Shown here piece after piece: positions 31,501 to 42,760 of a stretch of 64,000 nt of DNA; the stretch's first letter is position 1, and each line of letters opens with the position of its first letter. The stretch lies in NCBI GenBank assembly GCA_963719315.1, contig CAVRBU010000004.1, positions 448,001 through 512,000 on the forward strand, written 5' to 3'. The DNA comes from an uncultured Planctomycetota bacterium (GTDB lineage Bacteria; Planctomycetota; Planctomycetia; Pirellulales; Lacipirellulaceae). A model generated the notes under the pieces. That model did no database searches and was not told where the DNA came from. It saw only the letters and a list, made by a program, of their open reading frames with translations. A program made the position numbers and the translations under genes.

Positions 31501-34500
31501 GGCTCGAGCGTTCGCGAATGGCGTAGCCAATGAACGTGAGCGCTACTAAGACCAGCGGCACACCGTACGACGCTTCAAAACCAATGCGGCGAAACCAACT
31601 CGCTGGATCCGGCCCCACGAGTGGCTGCTGGTCAAGTGCGTGGGCGACGATGAACGTCACCGCCACGGCGGCCGGCGCAGCGGCCAGCAGCATCATCACC
31701 CACCTCGATTGCAGCAACCAAGTGCGCCCCCAAAGCGTTGCCTCCTGCAACGACTTTTGCCGATTCGCGGCCGCGACAATTACGAGTGCCAACGCCACCA
31801 GCCCAGTCGGCAGACTCCACACAGCAATCCACGGCCAGAGTTTGTTAACGCCGGCATCCAGCGTGGAACGCATGAGCGACGATTGGACTACATACGCGCC
31901 CATTGCGACATACACCAACACGACAAACCCAACCAGCAGGTCGCGAACCATGCGATTTGATGGTGCGGCAGCCGCAGCGCTAGTGAAGCCAGTGCCGCCA
32001 GACGTTCCGCCACGCCGAGTGGCCGCACGTTCAATTGTCCAGGATGCGACCGACGCAATTGCGAAGAGGCCGGCCGAGAGCCAGCGGAGCGCCGACGCAA
32101 CGGCGACCTGCCCTTCCCAGCGGGCCGCCAGCAACAGGCCTATCACGATCCCGACGGCTACCAAGCCAATGCGACGCCAGTCGGTAATGTATCGCGACAG
32201 CCCGGCCGATACGGCAATCGCCGCAGCCGCCAATAGGAGCCACGCGCCACGATCAGCCGCATGGCGGTGCGCGATGCCGGCGATTTCGAATTGCTCGATG
32301 GGCGAAACAACCCGGTCGCCCACGACTTGAGTAGGCGACAGTTCCTGCGCGGCGCCTGGCAAAACGGCATACGTGGCGATGAGCAGCACCAGCGCCGCGA
32401 TGAGGACCGACACCACGCGATCGACCGGAGGCCACGGCGGGTCAAGCAGCCGCGCGCTGATACAGCGCCATCGGCGCGGTGGAACGGCAACGACGCTGTC
32501 ATCGCCGCGAATTGACCCCCGCGCCAATATCCAACGAACAGCGCTTAGCACCAGGCAATATGCAGAGAGGGCAATGCCCAATGCTTCGAGGAACCATGGA
32601 TCGAGCCAGGCGTGCCGGGTGATCGTGTACCATTCGCGCGTTTCAACGGCCGCCGTTACGCCACATATTATCGCGAAAACCACCCCAACCTGCGACGCCG
32701 TGAACAGCGCGGGCGAAACGACGAGGGCGGCCAACACGAACCACACGCCGGCCAACCAGGCCAGGTAAACGCTCAGCGTGCTGGCCGAAGTGGCGTAAGC
32801 CGTTACGGCAATCCACAAACCGGCGGCCAGCGACGTGACTAACCCGGAAAATGCAAGCGAGCCGAGCACGTCGATGCGCCGCGCCGCGGTTAGTGCGGAC
32901 GGCATGCGGAGCGTGCCTGCTGCATTGGTTAGCACAACACAACCGAGCGCGACAAGCGACGCGTGCGCCAACAACGCAACAATCCACGGCCGCTGCAATT
33001 GCCACTCTGGATTGAACCGATATACGATGCCTTGTACCAATGCGGTGAATAGCAACGCCGAGCCAACTCGCGCCGCATCCGCGCGAGCGAACAACCATGC
33101 GGCAACCAGCGCCGCCAGCGCGTAAATCGTCAGTGTCCAGGTCGCATTTTCCGGATCGTCGATTTGCGCGAAGCCAAACCACGCGACGAGCGTCAGGCTG
33201 ACAATCGCAGTCGCGGCGGCAACGAGCGCGTACATCCTACCCGCCTCGCGCCGAGCGTGTGCCGCTGGCTCTGCCAGTGCTTTATCGGGTACTGCGCTAG
33301 CGGAGCCGATAGCCCCCAACCGGAATCGCGAACACCACGCTGCGAGCGCTGTAAGTATTGCCGCCAGCGGAACGAGTGCGTGCCCACTCGTGGCCGAGAG
33401 GACAACATTCCTGAGTGCAGGTGAGTCGCCGATTGTCAAGCCCACATCGCCGCGCAGCCGATAGAAGCCGATCAACCAAACGGCTGCGAGGGCAATGCCC
33501 GCCGGCACGTGGGCGGCCGGAATATCGAACCAAATCGCGACGCCGATCATCGCGGCCGCAGCGACGATCGCGGTCGGAAGCAGCGTGACCGGATCTGGCC
33601 AGGCGAGCACAACGGCGGCGGCCATCATCAGCGCGCCGAGCGCCGACCCCAATTCCGATGGTCTGCAAACCCGAAAACGCGCGGTCCGTCATCCGCCGCC
33701 AGAACAGCAACCCGACCAAGACCGCCGGCATGCCGCACAGCACGCCGAGCGGCGATAGCCAGTGCAGCGTCGTGCCCAGCGGCGGCACGTTGTGCAACAG
33801 CAGCGCGAGCGGCATGAGCGCCGCGGTGCTCGCGATCCCCAAAAACGTGAGCACGCGATTGGCTTCCACTTCCGACATGGACATCGCCGTAGGCACGGCC
33901 GGCTCGGCTGTGCCAGACTCACCGTCCGCGCCGGCTGCCCCCCTGCCCTCGCTAGTCCAACGCCGGCCCGTAACGACACTCGTCGTGAGCAGGTAACCAG
34001 CAATCGGCGCCGCGGCCATCGCATAGAGCCAAACCAACAACGTCGCCTCCCCGGCAAACCGCCGGATGAGGAGCTGCATCAGGCAAGGAATCATGACACA
34101 GCCGGCCAGCAAAACCGCATCGCGCGGAACAAGAATCCGGCCGGCGAGGTATACGAGCAACGCGAACACTCCCAGCGACACACCTTCGCCGACCAGCGAA
34201 AATAAGTCGGTCGGCGGCGTCGCCTGTGTAAACGCCGCGATCGCCAGAAAGTTGAGCGGCACCAGAAGCGTCGCGATGAGCAGCAGGCCGTGGCTCGTGG
34301 TATGAATTTTCCAACGCCGATCGGTGTACATTCCGACGCCGAACAGCGCCGCCGTCACACCATTGAATAGTACGAACTTCAACAGTGGTTGCGCGGCGAT
34401 CTGCGACCAAAAACTGATGACCAGCGCAATCGAACAACCAACGATCAAGAGGCCGCCCACCAGTTCGCCCCAGCGGATGTTCTTTTCCTCCATGAACGCG

Positions 34501-35138
34501 GCAAATATCCGCGAGAGCGCCTCGCGCCGCTTCGGCTGCTCCGCGGGCGCCACGGGCTCCGCCAATGCTTCAACCCTAGCCGCTTCGCGACTCGCGGCGT
34601 AATTGCGCGCTCGTTCACCCGGTGATATCGACCGGGCTGGCGTGGGCGCCGCGGCTGGTGTTGGTCCTCCCGTCGGTGGCGCGTGCATTGAGACAGAATG
34701 CGGCGGCGCGCCCGCTGGCTGAGCCGGCGTAATTGCGGCGGGTCGCGACGCCGCTGCCGCCGCGGCTTCGGTCAAGCGATGTTCTTGCTCGTTGATTGCC
34801 GCCGTCAACTTCGCACGAGATTCGGCATCCAGCGCACCGTGCTGGCCGAACACTTCCAACTGTCGGCGAATCGCTTGCAGTGCCGCCACGCTGTCGGCCG
34901 GCCGCCGACTGACATGTGGCCAATCGCAAACCGGGCACACTTGCTGATTCGGCGGCAGCGGCGAGTCGCACTGTGGACATTGGCGTCGGCCGTCGGCTCC
35001 CGACGTTGGCCCAGGCGTCGACGTCGATCGACGTTGGCCAAACACGCTCGCCAGCAGCACCCAGATCCCGTGACCGACCAGCGTCACGATGGCCAGGACG
35101 AAAAACAGCACCACAAAGAAGATGGTGAGTTCGTTCAA
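28568..35138 (-). CDS. Giant polytopic membrane protein (~2190 aa) with an N-terminal zinc ribbon; frameshift near 33640
   Basis: TTG start, CPQC...CPVC, FMEEKNIRWGELVGGLLIVGCS, dozens of hydrophobic helices, C-terminal FEKRRDDVLRVVEQLKHWEA; ORFs 33297-35192 and 28568-33652 join at GIGV/GALGAL. Confidence 0.8.
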
Positions 35139-35460
35139 CTCCGCGGCCTTATGATGAGATTGCGAACGAGAGCAACGAAAAGTCAGGTTCATGATAATTC
35201 GGGACCTCCCAGATAGCCATTGCCAAAGGCCGGCCGCTTTGCCGAAATGCCAACTAGTGGGCTGTCCGCGTTCAAGTGAATGGCAACGTCATGCCTACGC
35301 CGCAACGGCGAAGGCATGCCACCCAGCGTTTCAGTCGTGACAGACCACTGGTTCACTTATCCAATTGGCAGGGAGGAAATGAAGCTCGGGGGAGGTATCG
35401 GCTTGGCATTTGTTCGATTGGTTGAATAAGGAACGACTCGTGAATAACTTCGGCCTTTCG

Positions 35461-35552
35461 CGAGAGGTCGAGGGTCGAGTGTCGAGGGCCGGCTTCAAAA
35501 CAGCGGTGCAGTCGCTTGCTTGCCCTCGACACTCGACCCTCCGCCCTCGACC
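35461..35552. repeat. Inverted heptamer-unit repeat (GGGTCGA / TCGACCC family)
   Basis: GGTCGAGGGTCGAGTGTCGAGGG ... CCCTCGACACTCGACCCTCCGCCCTCGACC, intergenic. Confidence 0.75.
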
Positions 35553-35846
35553 TTCTACGAGTCACCCAAGTTACTTTGAGCCACTCCAAAGGGCTTCGTC
35601 AGGCCTTGCCCAAAAAAGAGTTTGCTCCAGGATTGTTTTTCCAAAATACGGGAGGTATCTTGACCGCTGCTTAAAGTTACGGCATCGGCCACGTCCAACG
35701 ACTGGTCTTCATCAGCCGGCCGTGTCTGGGTCGTTTTCTGGCGGTCCATCTCAAACGTCATCGGGGGAGATTGTATGCGCGACGCCATTTGCCGCACCTC
35801 GGTCGGTGGATTCAGAGCATCTTGGCACACACCGGGCGTGGGTCCG

Positions 35847-38800
35847 ATGAGAATTGCACCGGTGTTGTTCGCGACTCTACTGCTCAGCTCGGCACTGATC
35901 GTTTGTGATCGTAATAGTCAGTGTCGCGCTGCGACGGATATTCAAACCGGCTTCGACGGATTCCCGGTGCTCCGGGGTTTCCGGGCGACCCGGGAACCAA
36001 TGGCGGCCCCGGCGGGCCTGCTTTCCCCGATCCCGTCTTGGCCAATGCCAGCGGGAACCCCGATCTTATCAACGAAGCGCAAGCGAACGGCAGTCAAGGC
36101 GGCCCCGGCGGGAATGGCGGTGATGGCGACATGTTTCTCAATCCGAACGCCTCGGCCGGCGGTGGCGGAGATGGCGGAACCGGCGCCGCCGCCAGCGCCA
36201 CTGCAATGACCAATCCCGCCCTATCCGGCGCGGCAGCAGCATCGGCTACCGCTTACGGCGGCAACGGCGGCGTGGGAGGCTCTAGTGGAGTTCCCGCCGG
36301 CGCGGGCGCCATGGGAATGATGGGCAATGGCGGCAGCGGCGGCAATGCGATGAGCTTATCTGATACCATGATGTTTCTCGGCGGAACGCTCACGTCTAAC
36401 AGTTGGGCCTTTGGGGGAGCCGGAGGGAACAGTGCGACCGGCGGCAACGCCAATGCAACGGCGACCGGCAACGGCTTCACGCCCTCGTTCGCCGTTACGT
36501 CCACGGCCGTTGGCGGCTTCGGCGGAAACGGCGGCGGACTCGGCGGTAATGGTGGCACCGCAACCGCGGCCGCGAATGGCGCCAACCTCGGCGCCGGGGC
36601 GCTTGCCGACAACTTCGTCTCCGCGTACGCCACCGGCGGATTGGGCGGCGTTGCCAGTGGCGGACTCGCCGGAAACGGCGGCAGCGCCACGATCATATCG
36701 CCCGTCAACGGAATCTTCAGCGGCAGCGGCTACGTGCTGGCGAACCAAACCGGCGGCGCGGGCGGCTTCGCATCCGCCGGCGGCCAGGGTGGCAACGGCG
36801 CCGATTCGATGCTAACCGACGCGGTCAGTGGTTCGGCGAATGATGAACTGCAACTCTTTCAATATGCCGTCGGCGGCGACGCCGGAGGATCGAACGGCGG
36901 ACTTGTTGGCATGGCGGGCAATGCCAACTCAAATCTCACTGCCAATAAACCGTTCGGCGGGGATTTTGTTGGTGTCAGCGATGCCCACGGTGGGAATGGC
37001 GGCAACGGCATCGGCATCACCAACGGCGGCGATGGTGGCAGCGCCAACGGCTTGATCGATCTTAGCGGACCCGATTCTGTTAGCGCCTACCTAACCGCAA
37101 CTGGCGGCAATGGCGGGAGTGCCAGCGGCACCGGTGCGGGAGGCAACGGCGCGCCGGTGATTTTGTCCGCTCTCACCCATGGATCGACGAGTCTTGACCT
37201 GACATTCGACCAACGTGCCACCGGTGGAAACGGCGGCAATGCAACGACGGGCCTGGCCGGTCAAGGCGCCGCCGCCAGTTCGGATCTCAATAACACTTCC
37301 ACCAGCCAGTCGGTCAATGTCCTCACCGTCGCAAACGGCGGAAAAGGCGGAGACAAGAGTATTGGCGCCGGAATCGCCGGCACCGGCGGCGCCGCGGACG
37401 CCAAAGCCGTTTTCGACAGCAGCACTGGTTCCGTGACTACCTACAGCGATGCAAGAGGCGGCGCGGGCGGCGCCAGCACCGCGACCGTGGGTGGTCCCAA
37501 CGGTGGCCAAGGCGGAAATGCAAATTCGGAAGCCGGCGCCGACTTTAACGGAGGTGCGTTTCCATCTGCCAGCGCCACCGCCATCAGTGTGGCGGGCGCC
37601 GGTGGATCGGTGAGCGCGGCGGGGCGGATTGGCGGCGTAGGCGGCAACGCCACGAGCTCTGCTGATAGCGATTCGACCCCGTCCGGAAGTTTGCTCGCCG
37701 ACAGCCAGGCCTACGGCGGCGCGGGCGGCGGAGCGCTCCCGAACGGGCGCGGCAATGGCGGGGCGGGCGGCAACGCCACGTCCACTGCGATGGGGCACAT
37801 TTCCAATGGAGATTTTCAGGTAACGTCAAAGGCCTCGGGCGGAGCGGGCGGCAACGGCGGCAATGCCGTCGGGGCTCTTGTCGCCGACCGAGGTAACGGC
37901 GGCGCGGGGGGTACGGCCACGGCGAGTGCTGTCGGAATCACGCCCAGCTTTGCCTGTCGCCGTCGATCGCCGTGACGGCTTTCGGCGGTAACGGTGGTTA
38001 TGCAACGGGTCTCGGCTTCAGTGCCGGCAATGGCGGAGCGGCCACGATTTTGACATCCGGAGGAGGCTTCGATACCGGAACTGTTTCGGTCACTCAAGTG
38101 GGTGGAAACGGCGGCTACGGTAATGCAAATGCGCTCGGCGGCAATGGGGCCGACTCGTTGCTTACCGACGGCATCAGTGCCGGGGCAGGTGTGAATCTCT
38201 CGATCAACCAATACACGTACGGCGGAAACGGCGGGGGCAGCGACGGGGGAACGGTGGGCACGGCCGGCAATGCCGCTTCGTATCTCTCCCACAACAATGG
38301 ATCACTCGACGCATTTACCACCGGTCTCAGTCAAGCCGTAGGCGGGATCGGCGGCGCCGGTTCTGGCGTGAGCAACGGCAGCGACGGCGGCACAGCCACT
38401 GGATCCATTCATCTGACCGCGCCCACTTTTCCGTTCGCAAATAGTCAGGCGTCGGCGAGCTTACGCGCGGTCGGCGGAAGCGGAGGCAACGCGCTGGGCA
38501 ACGGCAACGCCGGCCAGGGCGCGAGCGTCTCGCTCGTTGACAAGACCACGGGCGCCGCGAAGACATCGCTAACACTCAATCAGTACGCCGTCGGCGGCAA
38601 CGGCGGCAATGCGATGACCGGCACCCCCGGCGTGGGCGGCGCGGCCGAGAGTCGGCTCACCGACATGGCGTCGATAGCCGACACACTCAATGCGCTGACC
38701 TCGACCAACGGCGGTATTGGCGGCCGCAAGACCGCGGCCAGCGGCGTCGGCGCCCTGGGTGGGAACGCCGACAGCTCAACCATTCTGCAAAGCACCGTCG

Positions 38801-40436
38801 GCGCATTCGTCGAAGGAAGAGCGGAGGCCAGCGCCGGTCGCGGCGACCACGGCACCGGCGGCGCCAACGGCGGCGAAGGCGGCTTGGCAACTTCCAGCAC
38901 CAACGCCGTCACCGATGGAATCAATCGGTATTCCCGTGCGATGAGCACTTCAACCGGCGGATCGGGAGGAACCGTCGATTCCAGCGGCGCGACCGCGGGA
39001 TCGGGCGGCGCAGCCAAGAGTTACGCTTCGAGCGCGGCCGGCACCGATAGTCAAGTCTCGTCCACCAGCACGTCGACGGGCGGCAATGGCGGTTTAGCAA
39101 GCGCCGGCCACGGTGGCGCCGGAGGCGCGGCTTCCGCGACGGCGAACGGCGGGGGAGCTGTAACGACCGATACATTTTTCGTGTCGACCAACGCCTATGG
39201 CGGAGACGGTGGTTCCAGCAGCAACAGCGGCAACGGCGGCGCGGGTGGCAGCGCCTCCAGTTATGCATCTGGTCAGAACCTCGGCACTGCGCTGACGAAC
39301 ATTCAGTCGTATGCGCGGGGCGGCGCGGGCGGTATGCCCAACGGCGGCGGCTTCAATGCCGGGCTGGGAGGCGATGCGAACGCGACGGCCATCAGCGCTT
39401 CGGCCGGTGCTGCGAGTGCCAACACCACGGCACTGGGCGGGGTCTCGCCGGGGACGCTTACCGATGGATCGGCCGTCGCCCGCAGCGAGGCCACGGGCAC
39501 TTCCGGCAACGCGATTGCAAGCGCCACCTCCAGTGGTGGAGCGTCCGTACTCGTCTCGACGACGACTTCCGCGCCGGTCGCCAGCACGAGCATTGCTGAA
39601 AGTCGCGCGGCCGCGGGCAAGGCGTTTCCCAACGCGAGCCTGGCCAACGGACTGCAATCGGCCGCGTTTGTCATCGGCATGCCTTTGTCGGCCGACGTGA
39701 CGGCCGCGGTTGTCGACAATCCGCACTCGACCCAAATGGTCGGCGGCGGGGCGAACGTGTTGGGCATGATGCTTCTCAGCGGCAGTTATTCCAACAGCGG
39801 CTCGGCGCATCGCAGACCTACTTCAGCTCGTCGACGTTCACGATCGACCTCACGCAGGTGGGGTCGTTCCAAGATCTGCAACTGGCCGCGCTGGATGCCT
39901 CGAAAACTGGAACCGGCTTCGACTCGTTGCGATTGGAAGTCGTCCGTGAGGGAGTGTCCGTCGTCGATTTGATGATGACCGACGTACCCTCGACGCTCGG
40001 CATGCTGAATGACTTTGTGTTCAACCTGGGCGACATCGAAACGGGCATCACGGATAACATGCTCGATGTAACCGTGCGACTGAGCCTGACGACCGACGAA
40101 CTCAATGCCGGTTTCGGTTCACTTTTTCTGTTGGCCAACTCGCCGCTGGCGCCCTTCAGCGGCGACTTCAACAACGACCACGTCGTCGACGCGGCCGATT
40201 ACGTCGTGTGGCGCAAAGGCTTGGGCACCACGTATACGCAATCCGACTACTACGTCTGGCGATCGCAGTTCGGACAAACGATACCAGGCTCGGGCAGCAG
40301 CCTGGATTCGCCCACCCCCGTGCCGGAACCAACGATTGCTTGGCTGTTCATCCTGGGAGCGGTCGCCGGCGCCACGCCGGTACACCGCACCTTTTTGCGA
40401 GCACAAATAACTCGTGTACGGAGGAACTCCCTCTAG
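35847..40436 (+). CDS. Secreted Gly-rich PE_PGRS-like repeat protein with dockerin-like module and PEP-CTERM (~1530 aa; frameshifts near 35963, 37955 and 39815)
   Basis: Signal peptide, dozens of GGxGGxG...GGxGGxA units alternating with A/S/T-rich strands, GDFNNDHVVDAADYVVWRKGLG, VPEPTIAWLFIL. Confidence 0.78.
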
Positions 40437-40495
40437 TCCCTAAGATATCAGCCTGCCAGGGTTGAACGCCGTCAACTTTGGTGTAATGTCTGTGT

Positions 40496-41500
40496 ATGCG
40501 ATATATCTTACCGATACTGTTGTGGGTTTGCGTTGGGCTCCCTGCCGGCGCCACACAGCCCAAAGCCGAGCTAGTCTCCGTCCACAAGATTTGGGACCAG
40601 GCGCCGCATAGTGCGTTCACCGACCTGGCCTATTGGAAAGGTCAGTTCGTCTGCGCGTTCCGCGAAGGTCGGAAGCACGTTTCCACCGACGGCCGAATCC
40701 GCATCCTGATATCGCCCGACGGCGAAACATGGACACCTGCCGCCGTGATCACGCTGAGCGGCTTTGATCTCCGCGACGCCGGCCTGTCGATCGCTCCCGA
40801 TGGCCGGCTGATGCTCAACGGCGGCGCGGCCCCGCGCAAGAACGACAACGAACACGCACCAACCGGCACGTTCGTCGCCTTCTCCGAGGATGGCAAGACT
40901 TGGACATCGCCTGAAATCGTCGTCGAGCCCGGCCGCTGGATGTGGCGCGTCAACTGGCACGATGGCAAAGCGTACGGCGTCGCCTACGCCAGCTATCGCC
41001 CATTGAACGGCGACGACACAACCCAACTACTCGCGAGCGACGACGGCCTGAAGTTCACTCCACTCGTGCCCAAACTACTGAGCGGCGGCATCCCGACCGA
41101 AGCCACGCTGCGTTTCGACAAAGACGGCACGATGTACTGCTTGCAACGCCGGGACGGCAAACCGACTCCGCTCTCGGCGTACTTCGGCGTCAGTCGCCCG
41201 CCTTACACAGAATGGCAGTGGCACGACTTGGGCATCCACGTCGGCGGCCCGAACTTCATTCAACTACCGTCCGGCCAATGGCTCGCCGCCGGGCGTTTCT
41301 TCAACGACAGAATCCCGAAGACCAAATTGGCCTTGCTCGATGTGAAAAAATACTCCCTCGACCCAATTCTCGAACTCCCCAGCGGCGGCGACAGCAGCTA
41401 CCCCGGCCTCGTCTGGCACGACAACACGCTCTGGATGAGCTACTACTCCAGCCATGAAGGTAAAACGAGCATTTACTTAGCGAAGGTGCAGGTCAAATAA
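40496..41500 (+). CDS. Secreted BNR/Asp-box (exo-sialidase-like) beta-propeller protein
   Basis: Signal peptide, HSAFTDL, FREG, Asp-boxes SPDGETW / SEDGKTW / SDDGLKF, GDSSYPG, SYYSSHEG. Confidence 0.8.
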   Translation: MRYILPILLWVCVGLPAGATQPKAELVSVHKIWDQAPHSAFTDLAYWKGQFVCAFREGRKHVSTDGRIRILISPDGETWTPAAVITLSGFDLRDAGLSIAPDGRLMLNGGAAPRKNDNEHAPTGTFVAFSEDGKTWTSPEIVVEPGRWMWRVNWHDGKAYGVAYASYRPLNGDDTTQLLASDDGLKFTPLVPKLLSGGIPTEATLRFDKDGTMYCLQRRDGKPTPLSAYFGVSRPPYTEWQWHDLGIHVGGPNFIQLPSGQWLAAGRFFNDRIPKTKLALLDVKKYSLDPILELPSGGDSSYPGLVWHDNTLWMSYYSSHEGKTSIYLAKVQVK

Positions 41501-41554
41501 TGTCAGAACGGGATATATTGAACAGGAGCGAGCAGTAAGAACACCGAACAACTT

Positions 41555-41630
41555 TAACCGCCACGTCGCCAAGGACGCCAAGTAAGGCAAAAACAGCAAC
41601 GTATTTTCTTGGCGTTTCTGGCGGTTTTTC
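41555..41630. repeat. Intergenic 9-mer-unit inverted repeat
   Basis: AACCGCCACGTCGCCAAGGACGCCAAG ... CTTGGCGTTTCTGGCGGTT. Confidence 0.55.
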
Positions 41631-41655
41631 TCCGTTAGATCCTGAACATTCCAAT

Positions 41656-42705
41656 ATGCAAAATCAGAATTTGATCTGTGCCGCCATAGCATTCGTCGCA
41701 GCAATTCTCATAGTTCGCCCCTGCAGCGCCGCGAAGGTTGAACTCACTGCTGAGCAAATCACCGCTTGCAAGCAGATTGGTTTGGACTCCCAACAAATCG
41801 CCGAGCTCATCGAGAAGCCGCTCTACAAGTTCACCGAAGCGGAAGTCGACATCTACCTGAAATTCCTGAGCGCTACGGAACCCGACCTCCGCAAACGTAT
41901 TCTCCACCTGGCCCGCAAGAACATCGGCCAGCCCTACGAGTTGTACCTGCTCGGCGAGATGCCATTCGAGCCCTACGATCCACAGCCCATTTATTGCCTG
42001 GGCAAAAGCGATTGCCTGGTGTTCACCGAACACACCTACGCGATGGCCCTCTCGCACAACTGGCCCAGCTTCATGAAGCTACTGCAACGCATTCGCTATC
42101 GCGACGGCCATCTCGGCGTAGCCACGCGCAACCACTATACGGAAGCCGATTGGAATGTCTCCAACGGCTGGCTCGTCGAAGACATCACGAAAGACCTGGC
42201 GGGCGACACGGCCGTTGTGTTCAAGGAGACGATCGATCGCTCCAAGTTTTTGAAAAACCGCTACCACCTCGATGTCAGCATCCCTGTTGAACATCACACC
42301 GACGAATACTTGCCGTACCAGCAAATCGAGCGCGCGAAGAGTAAGCTCCAGGACGGCGATTTCGTAAACATCGTGCGCGCCACCGTGGAAAAAAACAGCG
42401 CGCCGCAAAACGAGATCTTCGGCGGCAGCGCGTTCGTCGGCCACGTCGGCCTGATTGGCCACGGGCCCAACGGCGAGGTCCATCTGATTCACTCCACCGA
42501 GCCCAAGGTCCGCGAAGAACCGATCGACGAGTACATCAAGCGATCCACCAAGGACCTGGCCGAAAAAGACGCCGCCGGCAAACCGCGGCTCGTTGGCTTC
42601 AAATTCCTTAGGCTCCGCGACCAGCCGCTCAAGAACCTGCGAAAGATCGACGGCCCCGACGCCCCGCGCGTCACACTGCCCTCCGGCGACGAAGCGAAGT
42701 TTTAG
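41656..42705 (+). CDS. DUF1460 N-acetylmuramoyl-L-alanine amidase-like protein (NlpC/P60 superfamily)
   Basis: Signal peptide, GQPY...LGE, SDCLVFTEHTYA (Cys), IRYRDG, RNHY, GHVG (His), LIHS. Confidence 0.8.
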   Translation: MQNQNLICAAIAFVAAILIVRPCSAAKVELTAEQITACKQIGLDSQQIAELIEKPLYKFTEAEVDIYLKFLSATEPDLRKRILHLARKNIGQPYELYLLGEMPFEPYDPQPIYCLGKSDCLVFTEHTYAMALSHNWPSFMKLLQRIRYRDGHLGVATRNHYTEADWNVSNGWLVEDITKDLAGDTAVVFKETIDRSKFLKNRYHLDVSIPVEHHTDEYLPYQQIERAKSKLQDGDFVNIVRATVEKNSAPQNEIFGGSAFVGHVGLIGHGPNGEVHLIHSTEPKVREEPIDEYIKRSTKDLAEKDAAGKPRLVGFKFLRLRDQPLKNLRKIDGPDAPRVTLPSGDEAKF

Positions 42706-42714
42706 CGTAGAATG

Positions 42715-42750
42715 CTCGCTCCGCGAGCGGAATTCCGCTCGCGGAGCGAG
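42715..42750. repeat. Perfect 36-bp palindrome between convergent genes (REP-like, possible bidirectional terminator)
   Basis: CTCGCTCCGCGAGCGGAA|TTCCGCTCGCGGAGCGAG, preceded by GTAG at 42707. Confidence 0.75.
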
Positions 42751-42760
42751 AGGTTTATAC

